Notes: generated by a model not told the origin, from the sequence alone. A stretch of 64,000 bases of DNA from an uncultured delta proteobacterium (GCA_963708295.1 CAVPSJ010000015.1:1-64000), one strand, 5' to 3'; positions 17,720 to 28,981 are shown, counted from the stretch's first letter. A program made the numbers and translations.

Positions 17720-18387
17720 GCCTTAAGATCCTCCCTCGCCATCCTTCTCGGGCCACGATCCCTTGATTCTGCTCCCCATCGTTTGGCCGGGATGATTTCT
17801 TCAAGCTTATAGAGTTGGCCCAGACCGCTGAGCCGGTCATAGATAAGCTGCCAGGCACAGTCCGTCTCCGGGTTGACTTCGCATTTCCCATTGGACGGGC
17901 CTCCGCAGGGTCCGTTGAGTAATTGTTTGGCACAGCGTGAAATCGGACAGACCCCGCCCGTCTTTTCGAGGACACAGTTTCCACAAGCCTGACATCGCTC
18001 CTCCCAGACCCCGTGTGTGATCGTTTCTCCCAAGAAGGTGGTATTGACACCCGGAAAGACAGGAGTCTTTGGGTAATGGCGCACCAATGTCTGGACGCCC
18101 ACGCCGCAGGCGATAGAGACAACGGCCTCGACCTTCTCAATGGTTTGAGACATTTCTAAAGCGAACTCCGGCTCACACTGACGGGCGGGTGTGTTTTCCA
18201 GAACGTCTATCCTTTTTCCCATCTTCCGCCTTGCCAGTCTGAGACCGGAGGCCAGCAGTTCCACCTCTTTTTCACCTCCTGCATGACAGACCGTGACACA
18301 GGCGCCGCAGCCCGAAAGCAAAATCCGATTATAAGGATCGAGGAATCTCAGAATCTCTTCCAGAGGTTTCTGTTCTGCCTTAATCAT
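17716..18387 (-). CDS. metV: MetV (copy 3)
   Basis: GCGACVTVC, RQC, CQACGNC, CPISRCAKQLLNGPCGG; GGAGG RBS. Confidence 0.9.
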   Translation of the reverse strand: MIKAEQKPLEEILRFLDPYNRILLSGCGACVTVCHAGGEKEVELLASGLRLARRKMGKRIDVLENTPARQCEPEFALEMSQTIEKVEAVVSIACGVGVQTLVRHYPKTPVFPGVNTTFLGETITHGVWEERCQACGNCVLEKTGGVCPISRCAKQLLNGPCGGPSNGKCEVNPETDCAWQLIYDRLSGLGQLYKLEEIIPAKRWGAESRDRGPRRMAREDLKA

Positions 18388-18406
18388 TCGTGCCTCCAGC
18401 GTAAAT

Positions 18407-18563
18407 AAATTCGAAATTCGAATGTCGGGCGAAGCGTCCGCCTCGGACCAACTCGAAACAAATCCGAAATTCAAATTTCAAAAATTCTAAACCTTTTGTT
18501 TGGGACATTCATATTTTGAACATTGGTCTTTGTTTCGTGCTTCGGATTTCGCGATTCGAATTT
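18407..18563. repeat. Tandem-heptamer inverted repeat (ttcgaaa type), empty
   Basis: aaattcgaaattcgaatgtcg..tcgaaacaaa versus tttgtttcgtgcttcggatttcgcgattcgaattt. Confidence 0.75.
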
Positions 18564-18978
18564 ACAATTTTTCTGCACACGGATTCTGTCCCATCTTCTT
18601 CAGTTGCTCTGATTTTCGACGAAGCGCCTCTGCCACCTTAACGCCGCTGTTGGTAGCGAGATGGAGAATCTCAATCCTTTCTTTTTCCAGGCCGATCTTC
18701 TCCAACATCCGGTGAGCGAAGGACAGGCGGCCTTTCGCACGCCTGTTTCCCTTCAGGAACTGACAATTCTCTTCATGACAGGCGAAAACAAGAACGCCAT
18801 CCACTCCCTTTTCCAGGGCTTTTAGAAGGTAGATCGTCTCGATGCGGCCTGCGCAAGGAACGCGGACGATTTCAATATTCCTTGGAAGAGTTTGCTTCAA
18901 GGCTCCTGCCATGTCCGCAGCGGGATATCCGGATTGATCGCAACAAAAAGCAACGATTCTAGGATCGAAATCAGCCAT
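18562..18978 (-). CDS. mvhD: MvhD/FlpD [2Fe-2S] subunit
   Basis: IVAFCC, RVPCAGR, GVDGVLVFACHEENCQFLKGN. Confidence 0.9.
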   Translation of the reverse strand: MADFDPRIVAFCCDQSGYPAADMAGALKQTLPRNIEIVRVPCAGRIETIYLLKALEKGVDGVLVFACHEENCQFLKGNRRAKGRLSFAHRMLEKIGLEKERIEILHLATNSGVKVAEALRRKSEQLKKMGQNPCAEKL

Positions 18979-18990
18979 GAGAATTCTCCA

Positions 18991-19288
18991 TGGAGTAATG
19001 GAGTACTGGAATGGTGGAGTATTGAGTCAAAGGCATATACAACAGCACAAGCCTCGTGCAGTTTGTCATTCCGGGATGACTAAGCCTGCCCCGTACTTGA
19101 TACGGGACTTGATACGGGGGAACCCATAATCCTTAAGACACCGGTCTCCTGTTTTCACAGGGACAAGTCTGGATTCCTGCTGGAGTTTACCCCGTACTTA
19201 ATACGGGGCAGGAATGACATTTCCTGCGATTAAAGTTGCTCTGTGTAAAAAAACAATGTTTCCATCATTCCAACATTCCATCGTTCCA
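18991..19288. repeat. Tandem-octamer inverted repeat containing a nested REP-like element
   Basis: tggagtaa/tggagtac/tggaatgg/tggagtat versus tccatcat/tccaacat/tccatcgt/tcca; interior gtcattcc...ggaatgac with cccgtacttgatacggg palindromes. Confidence 0.75.
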
Positions 19289-19293
19289 GTTGA

Positions 19294-21009
19294 TTATTCC
19301 ATCAATCCCATCTGCGCATAGATCTGGCCGTCGGTGAGGTGGTGAAGGGTGATGGCCTTCGCCGGGCACTCCGCCACGCAGATGCCGCACCCGTAACAGG
19401 AGGCAGGGTCCACCTTGGCCGCCCCCCACTTCGTGTCTCCCCCTGTTCCAGAGGTCATATAGATGTTTCTTTCTCCATATTTTTCAACGCTGATGGCAGA
19501 GTGAGGGCAGAGTCTCGGGCAAGTATAGCAGACCGCACATTTTTTTGGATCCACTTCCGCCACGGCAAGGTCGTAGGTGTAGGTTCCTTTCGAAAGGAAG
19601 GTCTTCACCTCCTGGGCCACGGCTCTGGCCTCGATCAGCGATTCCGAAATTTCCTGAGGAAATCGGCATGCCCCTGCCACAAAGATCCCTCTCCGGTTCG
19701 ATCGAGATCGGAGAAGCTGGGGATTGTCCTCCATCAGAAAACCCCGGTTTCCCGGATGGATTTTAAGAAGTCCTGAGAGAGATTTTGTTTCCGGCGTGGG
19801 GACAAAAGCCTCGCTCACGATCATGAGATCACAGAGGATGGAAATGGGCCATGGGTCCTTTTTTTGAATGGGCGCGGTGTCTTTGACATCGACCTGAATT
19901 TGTCCATTGACGATGGAGAGCTTGGGGGGATCTTCATATTTGAAAAAGAGCACACCCTTTTCTCTTGCTTTTCGATACAGGCGCTCCATCCCGTCTGCAG
20001 CCACCTTAACGTCTTTACAGAGGATAGCGACCTGGCATCCGAAGTTTTCCTGGAGGACGAGAGATTGTTTAATGGCATTGATCGAATCGATTTTGATATC
20101 CTCGTTAACTTGGTCAAGAAGATAGACCACTGTCTCGACTTTCTTGCCATCCCATTCAATAAATCCTTTGTTTGTTTTCCATGGTAATTTTTCCATTTGC
20201 GAGAGGGTGATTACCTTCCGATGAGAGTAAATTCCTTTCGTTTCTTTGAAGGATGTAAAACCAGTAGCCACGACCATGGCTGATGGAGAAAGAATCGTTT
20301 CTTTTCCATCAGAGTCAACGAGTTTCGCCTGAAACCTGCCCAGATGCCCATCGAGGCGCTTTAGCACGCTCTGTGTGAGAATCGAAATGTTGGAAGTCCC
20401 ACTCACTTGAATAACTTTCTCTTCGAGCCAAGATTCAGCTTCTTCACGGCGATTGTAAAACCATCGAAGTTCTTCAGCTTTTCCACCAAGACATTTTCCC
20501 TTTTCGACAAGAAAAACATGAATCCCCGAATGGGATAGTTCCTGAGCGATAGAAATCCCAGTGATCCCACCTCCAAGAATCAATACCTCGGGTTTCAACG
20601 GTAGGGATCGGGTCTCGATGGGTTTAGCACTTAGGAGAGCGCGAATGGTTTTGGAAATGAGGGTCCTGGCGCTCTCCAGAGCTGTTCCTTCATCCGGCAT
20701 CGTCCAGAGGGCCTGCTCACGGATGTTGGCCACCGCAAAGAGGTAGGGGTTGAAGGGCAGGGGAAGTTTGATTTTTTGGAACGAAGTCTCATAGAGTTTT
20801 GGACTTCCTCCAATAATAACGACCCCCTCGAAGCCTCCTGTTTCGAGACGCTTCCCTATTCTGTTCAAAGCGTCAGGCGAGGCGAGGTTTTCCTCTTCGA
20901 GGCAAAAGGCGATTTCCGGAAGTTTTTTTACGTAGTCCGATATTTTTTCTCGGAAAGAAGCAGGGATGGATCCCTGGACGGCGTCGATCAAAATCCCGAT
21001 TCGAACCAT
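19294..21009 (-). CDS. hdrA: HdrA-like FAD protein with C-terminal 2x[4Fe-4S] ferredoxin domain
   Basis: VLILGGGITG, VVATG, GIFVAGAC, CAVCYTCPRLCP, CYGCGICVAECP. Confidence 0.85.
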   Translation of the reverse strand: MVRIGILIDAVQGSIPASFREKISDYVKKLPEIAFCLEEENLASPDALNRIGKRLETGGFEGVVIIGGSPKLYETSFQKIKLPLPFNPYLFAVANIREQALWTMPDEGTALESARTLISKTIRALLSAKPIETRSLPLKPEVLILGGGITGISIAQELSHSGIHVFLVEKGKCLGGKAEELRWFYNRREEAESWLEEKVIQVSGTSNISILTQSVLKRLDGHLGRFQAKLVDSDGKETILSPSAMVVATGFTSFKETKGIYSHRKVITLSQMEKLPWKTNKGFIEWDGKKVETVVYLLDQVNEDIKIDSINAIKQSLVLQENFGCQVAILCKDVKVAADGMERLYRKAREKGVLFFKYEDPPKLSIVNGQIQVDVKDTAPIQKKDPWPISILCDLMIVSEAFVPTPETKSLSGLLKIHPGNRGFLMEDNPQLLRSRSNRRGIFVAGACRFPQEISESLIEARAVAQEVKTFLSKGTYTYDLAVAEVDPKKCAVCYTCPRLCPHSAISVEKYGERNIYMTSGTGGDTKWGAAKVDPASCYGCGICVAECPAKAITLHHLTDGQIYAQMGLME

Positions 21010-22061
21010 TTAAGCCCACCCTCTCAAATGTTGCTGAACGAGAAAGGCAACAGACTTCGCATGAAGAATCGAACGATCGATGTCTTTCGGGCCGTTGCAG
21101 GCGCCCGCGACGAAAACGCCGCTCTGGAGTGGAGGGGAGGCAATAAAGCCATCCTCCGTCAAATCTAACCCAAAAAGCGCGGTGAGAGGTCTGGCCTGTT
21201 GGCTCAACACCATCCCAACGGAAAGAACGATGAGGTCGAAAGGATTTTCTACGACTTCTCCCTTCTCCGGGTCTATGAATCGGACCCTCAGTGTATCCGG
21301 GAGAGGGGAGTGGTAGACTTTGGAGGGGAGACTTCGAATGAGGCGGATCCCCCTGTCCAAACGACAGGAATCGAGGAACTCCTGGAAGGAAGCTCCCGCA
21401 GGCTGGATATCCGTATAGAGAAAGGTGGTTTCTACCTCAGGATATTGGTGACGAATCGCTTTGATCAGACGGAGTGCGTAGGCGCAACAGACCTGCGAAC
21501 AGTAAAGGTTTCCAACCGATTCATCCCGGCTGCCGACGCATTGAAAAAAGGCTGTCCTTTTCGGAAGTTTCCCATCAGAGGGACGGGAGAGGGCCCCCTG
21601 AAACCGAAGCATTTCATCAAGATCCTTTGCGGTGATGACATCCTTGTATCGACCGTATCCGTACTCCGCTTTTCGAGAGGCATCAAAAGGATTGATTCCT
21701 GCAGCGATGACAACGGCCGAAACCTCTAGGTCGATCCTCTCGGTTCCCCTCTTTAGGGCGACCTGGTGTTTCGCGCCGTTGTTCTTCACACCGGCCACCT
21801 CGGTTTGGGTCAGGATCGAAATGTCCCGGCGTTGATGAATTTCAGAAATTCTCTTGTCCGCCACGCAGGCAAAGCACTTATTGCATGACTCGGAAGCCTT
21901 GCAGCAAAGGGAGGCAGAGAGTCCCCCAGGGAACTCTCCTTTTCGACGAGCGTAAGAGGGACTCCTGACTGAGCTAATTCCAAAGCCACCGTGATTCCGG
22001 AAATTCCGCCGCCGATGACCAGGACGTCCCCGCCCGATGACAGGTCGACCTTTTCTGTCAA
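21010..22061 (-). CDS. hdrA: Short HdrA-like FAD/Fe-S protein (frameshift near 21925)
   Basis: VLVIGGGISG, EYGYG, QCVGSRD...YCSQVCC, GVFVAGAC. Confidence 0.85.
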
Positions 22062-22095
22062 TTCATCTTTCCTTGTTCGATTTAGCCCGCGAAGC

Positions 22096-22173
22096 TGGAG
22101 TATTGGAGAGATGGAATATTGGGTCGAAGGCTTTCATTTCTTTGATCCAACATTCCAATACTCCATCATTCCA
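22096..22173. repeat. Tandem-octamer inverted repeat (tggagtat type), empty
   Basis: tggagtattggagagatggaatattgggtcgaag versus ctttgatccaacattccaatactccatcattcca. Confidence 0.8.
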
Positions 22174-22185
22174 ACATCCCGGCCT

Positions 22186-23088
22186 TTAGAGTTCCAGCCA
22201 TGAATCCGAGTAAAGAGACTTGGCAATCAAGACTCGGGTGGTCTTCGCATAATCCGCTTCTTCTTTACTCAAGGATTTGAGATCGATTTCTTCTCCGTCC
22301 ATGGCGCGGTAAACCAGCTTTCGGAGTTCCGGCCGTCCCCCCGATGCGAATTTCTTGAGGTCGGGGTCAAAGGCATCCACAATGGCGGAAGCCATGCCGT
22401 ATCTTTCGAGCATCATCAGATAGGTCTGGTTGAGGATGGGCCGGAGGTGTTCGGGGGCCCCGTTGGATACGTTCGAAAGGCCACAGGTCGATCTCATCCC
22501 GGGGAGCACTTCCTGAAGGTCCTTAAACATCTTCATGAACTCGACACAGCTGGGAACCTGAACCTGGCTCTGTGGGCTGGTCACCGGAGTGACAATAGGG
22601 TCCATCCAGACATCCTCGCCCGGGATGCCGAATTCCAAGCATTTTTGCATCAATTCCGCAGCGAGAACTCCCCTTTCATCAGCGTCTCGGGGGAGACCGG
22701 AGGGGCCCCAGAGAAGAGCGACGAGCCCCGCATTATATTTGGCCGCGAGGGGAAATTTGGCGTCCATGCTCTCGGGACGGGCCATGATCGAATTGATCAC
22801 CGCCTTCCCTTTCTTATTCTTGTAAACTTTTAGCCCGGCTTCGATGGCTTCTGTATTGATGGTATCCAGGTAAAGAGGCGTATCCACGACCTCCTGGACG
22901 ATCTTGATGATCCACTCCATCAATTCTCCGCCTCCCTTCCGGGCAGGACCAAGATTGATGTCAATGAAATCGACCCCTGCTTTGGCCTCGGCAACGGCCA
23001 GCTCCTGGATGGGCTTGGGATCTCTGTCCTTCATGGCAGTTCCAATCTTCTTGACCATCACATTGAGATTTTCTCCGATGCGTAACAT
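22186..23088 (-). CDS. acsE: Methyl-THF:corrinoid Fe-S protein methyltransferase AcsE
   Basis: IGENLN, DINLG, INS, DP, GLSNVSNG pterin-binding motifs; position in the acs cluster. Confidence 0.9.
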   Translation of the reverse strand: MLRIGENLNVMVKKIGTAMKDRDPKPIQELAVAEAKAGVDFIDINLGPARKGGGELMEWIIKIVQEVVDTPLYLDTINTEAIEAGLKVYKNKKGKAVINSIMARPESMDAKFPLAAKYNAGLVALLWGPSGLPRDADERGVLAAELMQKCLEFGIPGEDVWMDPIVTPVTSPQSQVQVPSCVEFMKMFKDLQEVLPGMRSTCGLSNVSNGAPEHLRPILNQTYLMMLERYGMASAIVDAFDPDLKKFASGGRPELRKLVYRAMDGEEIDLKSLSKEEADYAKTTRVLIAKSLYSDSWLEL

Positions 23089-23106
23089 AACTCCCTCCTT
23101 CATTTG

Positions 23107-23228
23107 AGTGTCAGTGTCAGTGGTTAGTGTCAGTTTATGAAATGCCTGAAGTGAAAGAAAGTGTCTAAAAATTCGAATTTCCGGCTGAGACAATCTGCTT
23201 TACTGACACTGACACCAACACTGTCACT
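23107..23228. repeat. Tandem-hexamer inverted repeat (agtgtc type), empty
   Basis: agtgtcagtgtcagtggttagtgtcagt versus actgacactgacaccaacactgtcact. Confidence 0.8.
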
Positions 23229-23238
23229 ATTTTTTGCT

Positions 23239-24585
23239 TTAGGCTCCCATTTTCAAAAAGGCAGGTAAGTGAGCGGCCTCCCTTGGCCCTATTTTCACCT
23301 CCCAACCCTTGCCCAGTTCTTCTTCGAGGTCTCCGCTGACGGCTGCAACGGCTCCGGGGATGACGACGCGACGATGTTTGACTTTCTCGGTGATGCCGCT
23401 TTTCTTGACAAAGGCACCGATAGCATCGCCGACGAATTTTCCTGCGGCCCAGGCCGTCAGAACAGAGAGGCCCTCGGTATCCATCACGAGAAGCCAGCTT
23501 GCCACCCGGCTCGATTCAACCTCCCCGGAGACGATAAAATAGGTCAGAGAGAAGTTGGTGGTGATGAGAACGGGAGAATCTTCGGTCGGGTTTCCGATGG
23601 GGTAGATCCCTTGCTGCATCATCATCGGCCGCTGAGGATCCGTATAAATATTCAATCGTTCCACCAGCAGGGGAAACATGCTTTCTCCTTGGAAGTCAGA
23701 AAGGACGATAATGGCCGCATACTTTGAGATCAGCGTTGCTGCAATCAGGGCCTCCTTCAGCGGATCCTTCGTCATCTCACAAGGGAAGGCAATCGTTGGA
23801 AACCCGAGGGAGCGATTTTTTTGGTTGAGGGCTGCCCGGCGGATGTAGATTTGATCTTCAAAGGTTTTGCGAAGCGTCCTCGATCCAGAGTCAAGAACAA
23901 GGTCTTTCAAGCCTGCAGCGATCAATTTGTCGGAAAGTGCGATTAATCCGTCGAGCGTTTCGGCTTTGACCGCCAAAGGGCATTTGTTTTCTTTTGCCAA
24001 GTTGGCCAAGGCATCGCTGTTTCCGTTGGTTGCCGCGTAAATCAACGGAACACGGTCCGCGCACGCCTTCACCCCCGCGGTCAAGGCATCCACTTTGTCG
24101 CTCATCAAGATGAGGGCCGCATCGGTTTCAGCCTTCACCTTTTTGGCCAGGGCCTCAAACTTACCGGGGTCCCCGGATTCATTCTTGATCGCCACCAACT
24201 CGGGCCGCAGGGTGAGGCCGACCCTTTCATATTTTAATTCCTTGAACCGCTTCAATCGCGCGTTGACCTCTGCGTCGGGCATGGCATCGCTGATCAGAAT
24301 GGCAATACCGGGTTTGTTCACAAAGGTTTTCTCATGACGGAACAAAACCGTTTCTCCGCCCACCTTGACCACATTTTCACCCGAGCCGATGGCGAGAGGC
24401 CGAATGGGCGGGGCCGCTGCCTCGGAGAGCAGGGCCTTCGCCTCCTCCGACACGTAGGGGCAGGAGGCCAATTCCGCTTTTCCAGCGGCCAGGTTCATGG
24501 CAAAAGCAAGGCAGGTCGGGACACCGCACTCCTTACAGTTGGTTTTGGGTAACAGCTTAAAGATTTGGATTCCCGTCAGTCCCAT
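23239..24585 (-). CDS. acsC: Corrinoid Fe-S protein large subunit AcsC
   Basis: LPKTNCKECGVPTCLAFA...CP, NIYTDP, TTNFSLTY, SVLTAWAAGKF. Confidence 0.95.
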   Translation of the reverse strand: MGLTGIQIFKLLPKTNCKECGVPTCLAFAMNLAAGKAELASCPYVSEEAKALLSEAAAPPIRPLAIGSGENVVKVGGETVLFRHEKTFVNKPGIAILISDAMPDAEVNARLKRFKELKYERVGLTLRPELVAIKNESGDPGKFEALAKKVKAETDAALILMSDKVDALTAGVKACADRVPLIYAATNGNSDALANLAKENKCPLAVKAETLDGLIALSDKLIAAGLKDLVLDSGSRTLRKTFEDQIYIRRAALNQKNRSLGFPTIAFPCEMTKDPLKEALIAATLISKYAAIIVLSDFQGESMFPLLVERLNIYTDPQRPMMMQQGIYPIGNPTEDSPVLITTNFSLTYFIVSGEVESSRVASWLLVMDTEGLSVLTAWAAGKFVGDAIGAFVKKSGITEKVKHRRVVIPGAVAAVSGDLEEELGKGWEVKIGPREAAHLPAFLKMGA

Positions 24586-24613
24586 GATTTCTTCTCCTTT
24601 CGAGCTTAACTTC

Positions 24614-24687
24614 GCAAGGGGCAAAGAGCATGGAGCATAGGGAAAAACTAAAATGGTTTAACCCTATGCCCTAGTCCTTTGCTCTTG
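24614..24687. repeat. Tandem-heptamer inverted repeat (gcatgga type), empty
   Basis: gcaaggggcaaagagcatggagcataggg versus ccctatgccctagtcctttgctcttg. Confidence 0.75.
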
Positions 24688-24697
24688 ACGTTTTTTG

Positions 24698-26907
24698 TTA
24701 TCCAAGAATCGGGTCCATCGAGAGGGCCGGATGATTCTTCTCCGTCAGGAAGGGAAGAATCTCCTCTTCCGTCACCCCAATGGTTTCATCTGCAATCATA
24801 TCGAGCAGGTTCGGAATGCCTATTTCCGCGGCTCTTTTCTTCAACCGCTCTCCAATCTCCTCCTTGAGGATCTTGGGTATCCAGACGAGTCTTTTGAGAC
24901 CCCCGTCTCCGACGAGCCACTTCCGCTGGGTGATATTGTACTTGCTATGACCCACAAAACCCGGCGTCACTGCACCTCCGCCGACTGAACCTGCCAACGT
25001 CGTGAACTTCATTCCGCAGGGGGTCATTCCCATGAAATCCCGGTTGACGGTCATCACCCCGTTGCACATCGGAAGAACAGCGGCAATGCATTCACAACAA
25101 CCGCAAGTGGTCATCGGATCGTAAACAAGACTATAAAAATTGTAGTGATCGATCTTCTGACGGGAGGCCTTGAACACAAAATCATTCACACCCTTCCACT
25201 GGCCCAGTTTTGTATCGATCATGTCGCCCTTCTGAACGGGTTGGTTGGGTCCGGTAGGATTGATTTCAAAAGCGGCTTTGCAATCCATCCAGTTGTAGGC
25301 ACCGCAGAGTCCAGTCCTTTCCGGGCTGATGACACAGACATGGTTGGGCGCAAAGGATTGGCAAAGAGTACAGGAATAGAAGAGGTCCGTGGTCTCATCA
25401 GTCATTCCTTCGATACGGGCATCTCTTTTTTTATAAACATCTCTTGCTTTGCCAAGCATTTCCTCTACCGCCTTGGGTTCCGTATAAACTTTGACCTGAA
25501 CTTTGTCGAAAATCGCTCCAAAGTCCTGATGGAACTTGGCATGGAGGATCTTGCCCAGATGGGAGAGACGAAATCCTTTCTCCACTGCTCCCTTGCCGAC
25601 TCTTAACCAGGCGATATCTCTTTGACCGATGTGCATGATCCCCTGGGCATAGTTGATGAGATGATGGATTTGGCGTTCCAGAATCGGCTCAAAATCCTCT
25701 TGCATCTGTCGTCCAGCCACTTCCGCGACAATGGCAAGGGGGAGTTGACCGGGGGGCGTTATCTTATCGAGGTCAGGACCGATGACATCAACCTTTCCGT
25801 CCTCCACTTCATCCATGTTTTTCGAGGTCACCCATTCGACCGCATGGGTTCTACCCCCGCCACACTCCAGATAGATATCCTCTCCCCTGACCCGCTCCCC
25901 TTCAAAGGCAGGACCGTAAGAGACGGGGATGGGCACCGAGGCCACCTGCACCTTCAAGCCCCTGACCTCGACGGCCCTCTGAACGATCTGATCGTGAGGG
26001 ATGTTGGAGACTACGTGCTCGTAGGTACAGATGCCGGTGGGGAGAACCTCCGGAATAGGGGTATCTGCGATCGTCGGGAATCCCCAGTTGATGGCGCCTG
26101 CGGCGTTGGCATACCATTCGTCTGATACGAATCCGAGGGGCATGACAAAGGCGAAGGTTCGGTCCTTGTTGTAGATCAAGATTCTTTCGAAAATCTCCAG
26201 GTTTGATTCCGCCAAAGGCCATGGCGACACGGCAGGCAAACCCCATGGCAAACACGGCAGCAGTGATATCCGGCCCAAAGGAGACGAGACGGGTGGGCCA
26301 TCCGATCTGAACGCCTGCTTCGACCAGCTGCTCGGAGAAGCGCTTACCCTCGTTCTCCGCACACATGAAGATATAGAGGTTTTTCTCCTGAAGTTCGATG
26401 GCAATCTTTTTTGCGATCTCCGGCGAGGGCGCGGCACCCACGATCGCAGCAAATCCGGGCGCGGTTCCATCCACGAATTCAACGCCGCGCTTGCGGAAGA
26501 TGACGTCGTCGGCAGCTCCCAGCCAGATGTTGTCGGGCAGGGGGTCTTCCTGTTTCGTGTAAAAGTTGGGGGCTTCCAGGTACCGGATGGATTCGATGAT
26601 CTCCTCGGCAAAGAAAGTGGCCATTCCCGCATCGAGAGCGGGTGCCAGGTAAGGGAGAGAGACCTTTTCTTTGACGAGAGGGGGCAGCAAGTTCCGGCAG
26701 CGATCCAGACACCGGCTTCATATCCCCGATCTTCTGGACGGGAATTCCAAGCATGGCATATATTACGGGGAGATAGTAGGCTGTATTCGGAAAACCCACC
26801 TCCTGATTCGGTCCCCATTTCTCGAGGGCCTCCCGATATTTCTTTTCGGCCCTTTCGACGATCTTGTGAGCACCTCTGATGGCAGCAGATAAAATAATTT
26901 TTGACAC
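24698..26907 (-). CDS. acsB: Acetyl-CoA synthase AcsB (two frameshifts)
   Basis: FPNTAYYLP, CTLCQSFAPNHVC, GLCGAY and PMTTCGCCEC distributed over three frames. Confidence 0.93.
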
Positions 26908-26929
26908 GTTTGATTCCTCCTTTTCTCAT

Positions 26930-27000
26930 CCGTGTCCATGTCCGGCATCCGTGTCCGTTTTTGTTTCTTGCAGACACGCGGCACGATGACACGCGACACG
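26930..27000. repeat. Tandem cgtgtc/gacacg inverted repeat, empty
   Basis: ccgtgtccatgtccggcatccgtgtccg versus cagacacgcggcacgatgacacgcgacacg. Confidence 0.7.
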
Positions 27001-27012
27001 TGTTTTTATTTT

Positions 27013-28981
27013 TTAGGCGGCATCCAGTTCACGGCGCTTGGCCATATCGAAGAGCACGCGCTCTCTGGTTTTGTCGATGCCCAGGGCTTTCCGTTTCTTG
27101 TCGATATGTTCAATCATCAATTTAGCAGCCTTGAGGGGATCGGGTTCGAAACCCCATTTGCCCTTCACGGTATTCTCGAACTCTTCGAAGAGAAGCTTGG
27201 TGACCTCTTCACTGCCTGTGGTCGGCCACGTCGTGCCGAATACGGTGTAGACCCCTGACGCGACAAAGTAGTGGCCGATGGCAACGGCCTTTTCGCTCAT
27301 CCACTCCAGGGCTGCTCCGGCTGCCGGAAGATCACTGATGTCGTCGCCTAAGCCACCCTCTTTGACGACGGCGGTGGCAGCCATGAGGATTCGGCTGTTG
27401 TCCACGCAGGCCCCCATGTGAAGAACGGGTGGGATGCCGACAGCCTCACAGACCGAGGCAAGACCGGCGCCCGCATACTGCCGGGCTGCCTCCGGGGTGA
27501 GGAGCCCTGCTTTGCCGCAGGTCATGGCGCTGCAACCGGTGACCAGAACGATCACGTCATTTTTGATCAATTCCTTGATCAAGGTGAGATTGGGATCGTC
27601 ATGGGTCACTCGTGCATTGTTGCACCCGACCACGCCGGCGATTCCTCGAATGCGGCCGTTGATGATGTTGTCGTTGAGAGGCCGGTAGGAGGCACGGAAG
27701 ACCCCGCCCAGCAGGTAGTTGATCGTCTCGTGGCTGAACCCCACGACCTGGTCCGTGGTCTCGGAGGGGATCTCGACATTTGGTTTTCGGTTCTTGAAGT
27801 TCTGGATGCGCCTCCATCAAAATCTTCTTTGCCACATTGGGAGCATCATGTTCATCAAATTCAATGTGCGTCGCCCCGTCGATCTTGGCCTTGGCAGAGG
27901 TCGTGATCAGCTTGGTATGGTAGCACTTGGCCACCTGGGCCAGGGACTGCATCTCGCACTGGACGTCGACCACCATGGCGTCGACCGCGCCGGTCACGAT
28001 CGCCAGCTCCTGCTGGAGAAAATTTCCGGCGACCGGGATGCCGTGCCGCATCAGGATCTCGTTGGCGGAGCAGCACATGCCGGCCAGATTGACTCCCTTT
28101 GCCCCGACAGCCTTGGCGGCCTCCTGAATTTCAGGCGTATTCACCACGTCGGCAAGGATCTCAGGAAGCAGTGGCTCGTGACCGTGAACGACGACGTTCA
28201 CCTCGTCCTTTTTCAACACGCCGAGGTTGATCTGGCCAAAAACGGGGACCGGGCTTCCGAAAAGGATGTCCTGAAGCTCCGTGGAGATCATCGACCCTGC
28301 CCACCCATCGGCCAAGGAACACCGGGCGGCGGCCATCAAGAGGCTTCTGTAATCCTGGTCCACCCCCATGTGCGTCCGGTGCATGAGTTCGACGACCTCC
28401 CGGTCGATCCCCCGGGGGGTGATTCCCAGTTTTTTCCAGATCTCCTGCCTTTTGAGAGGAGCCCTTTTGATGAAGAGGGGTTCCCCTTCCTGCCGTCCAA
28501 ACTCGGCAACGGCCTTATTCCCTACGTCGATGGCGATCTCTTTCACCGACCGGTCGCCGATTTCCACACCAAAATCCATGGCCACCTGGTAGAGTTTCTG
28601 CTCGTCTTTAAGCTGAAATCCGGGGACATCCCCCTTCGCCGTCGCCAGAAAGACTTCGGAGATACCGCGGGCATGGTCGGAGTGGGCTGCCGTTCCGGCG
28701 GCCACCATCCGAGCGAAATTGCGCGCTGAAATCGTCTCTGCCGTCGCGCCGCAGAGACCCGTACGCTTGGCCTTTTCCGTGCCGGTCTCACCCTTCTTTT
28801 TAGGAGCGGGAACGCGGCAGGGCCCCATGGCGCAGTTCTTACAACAGCTTCCTTCCGCCCCAATCGGGCAGGGTTTCATGGTTTCGGCCCGGTCAAAAAT
28901 TGTCTCACATCCATCGGCCTGAGCTTTCTTAAGCATTTTTATTGTCGCCGGATCAATACTCTTCTTTTCGAATTCTGTCAT
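27013..28981 (-). CDS. cooS: Ni-Fe CO dehydrogenase (frameshift near 27750-27810)
   Basis: CPIG..GSCCKNCAMGPC, HSDH, HGH, GMCCSANE, DVQC, GCNN, TGC, GACVDN, EKA. Confidence 0.94.

Noticed and set aside
25085-25120. AcsB motif TTCGCCEC instead of TSCGCFE
   Set aside because: The A-cluster CGC ligands are intact, and I recall this variant as usual for deltaproteobacterial ACS.
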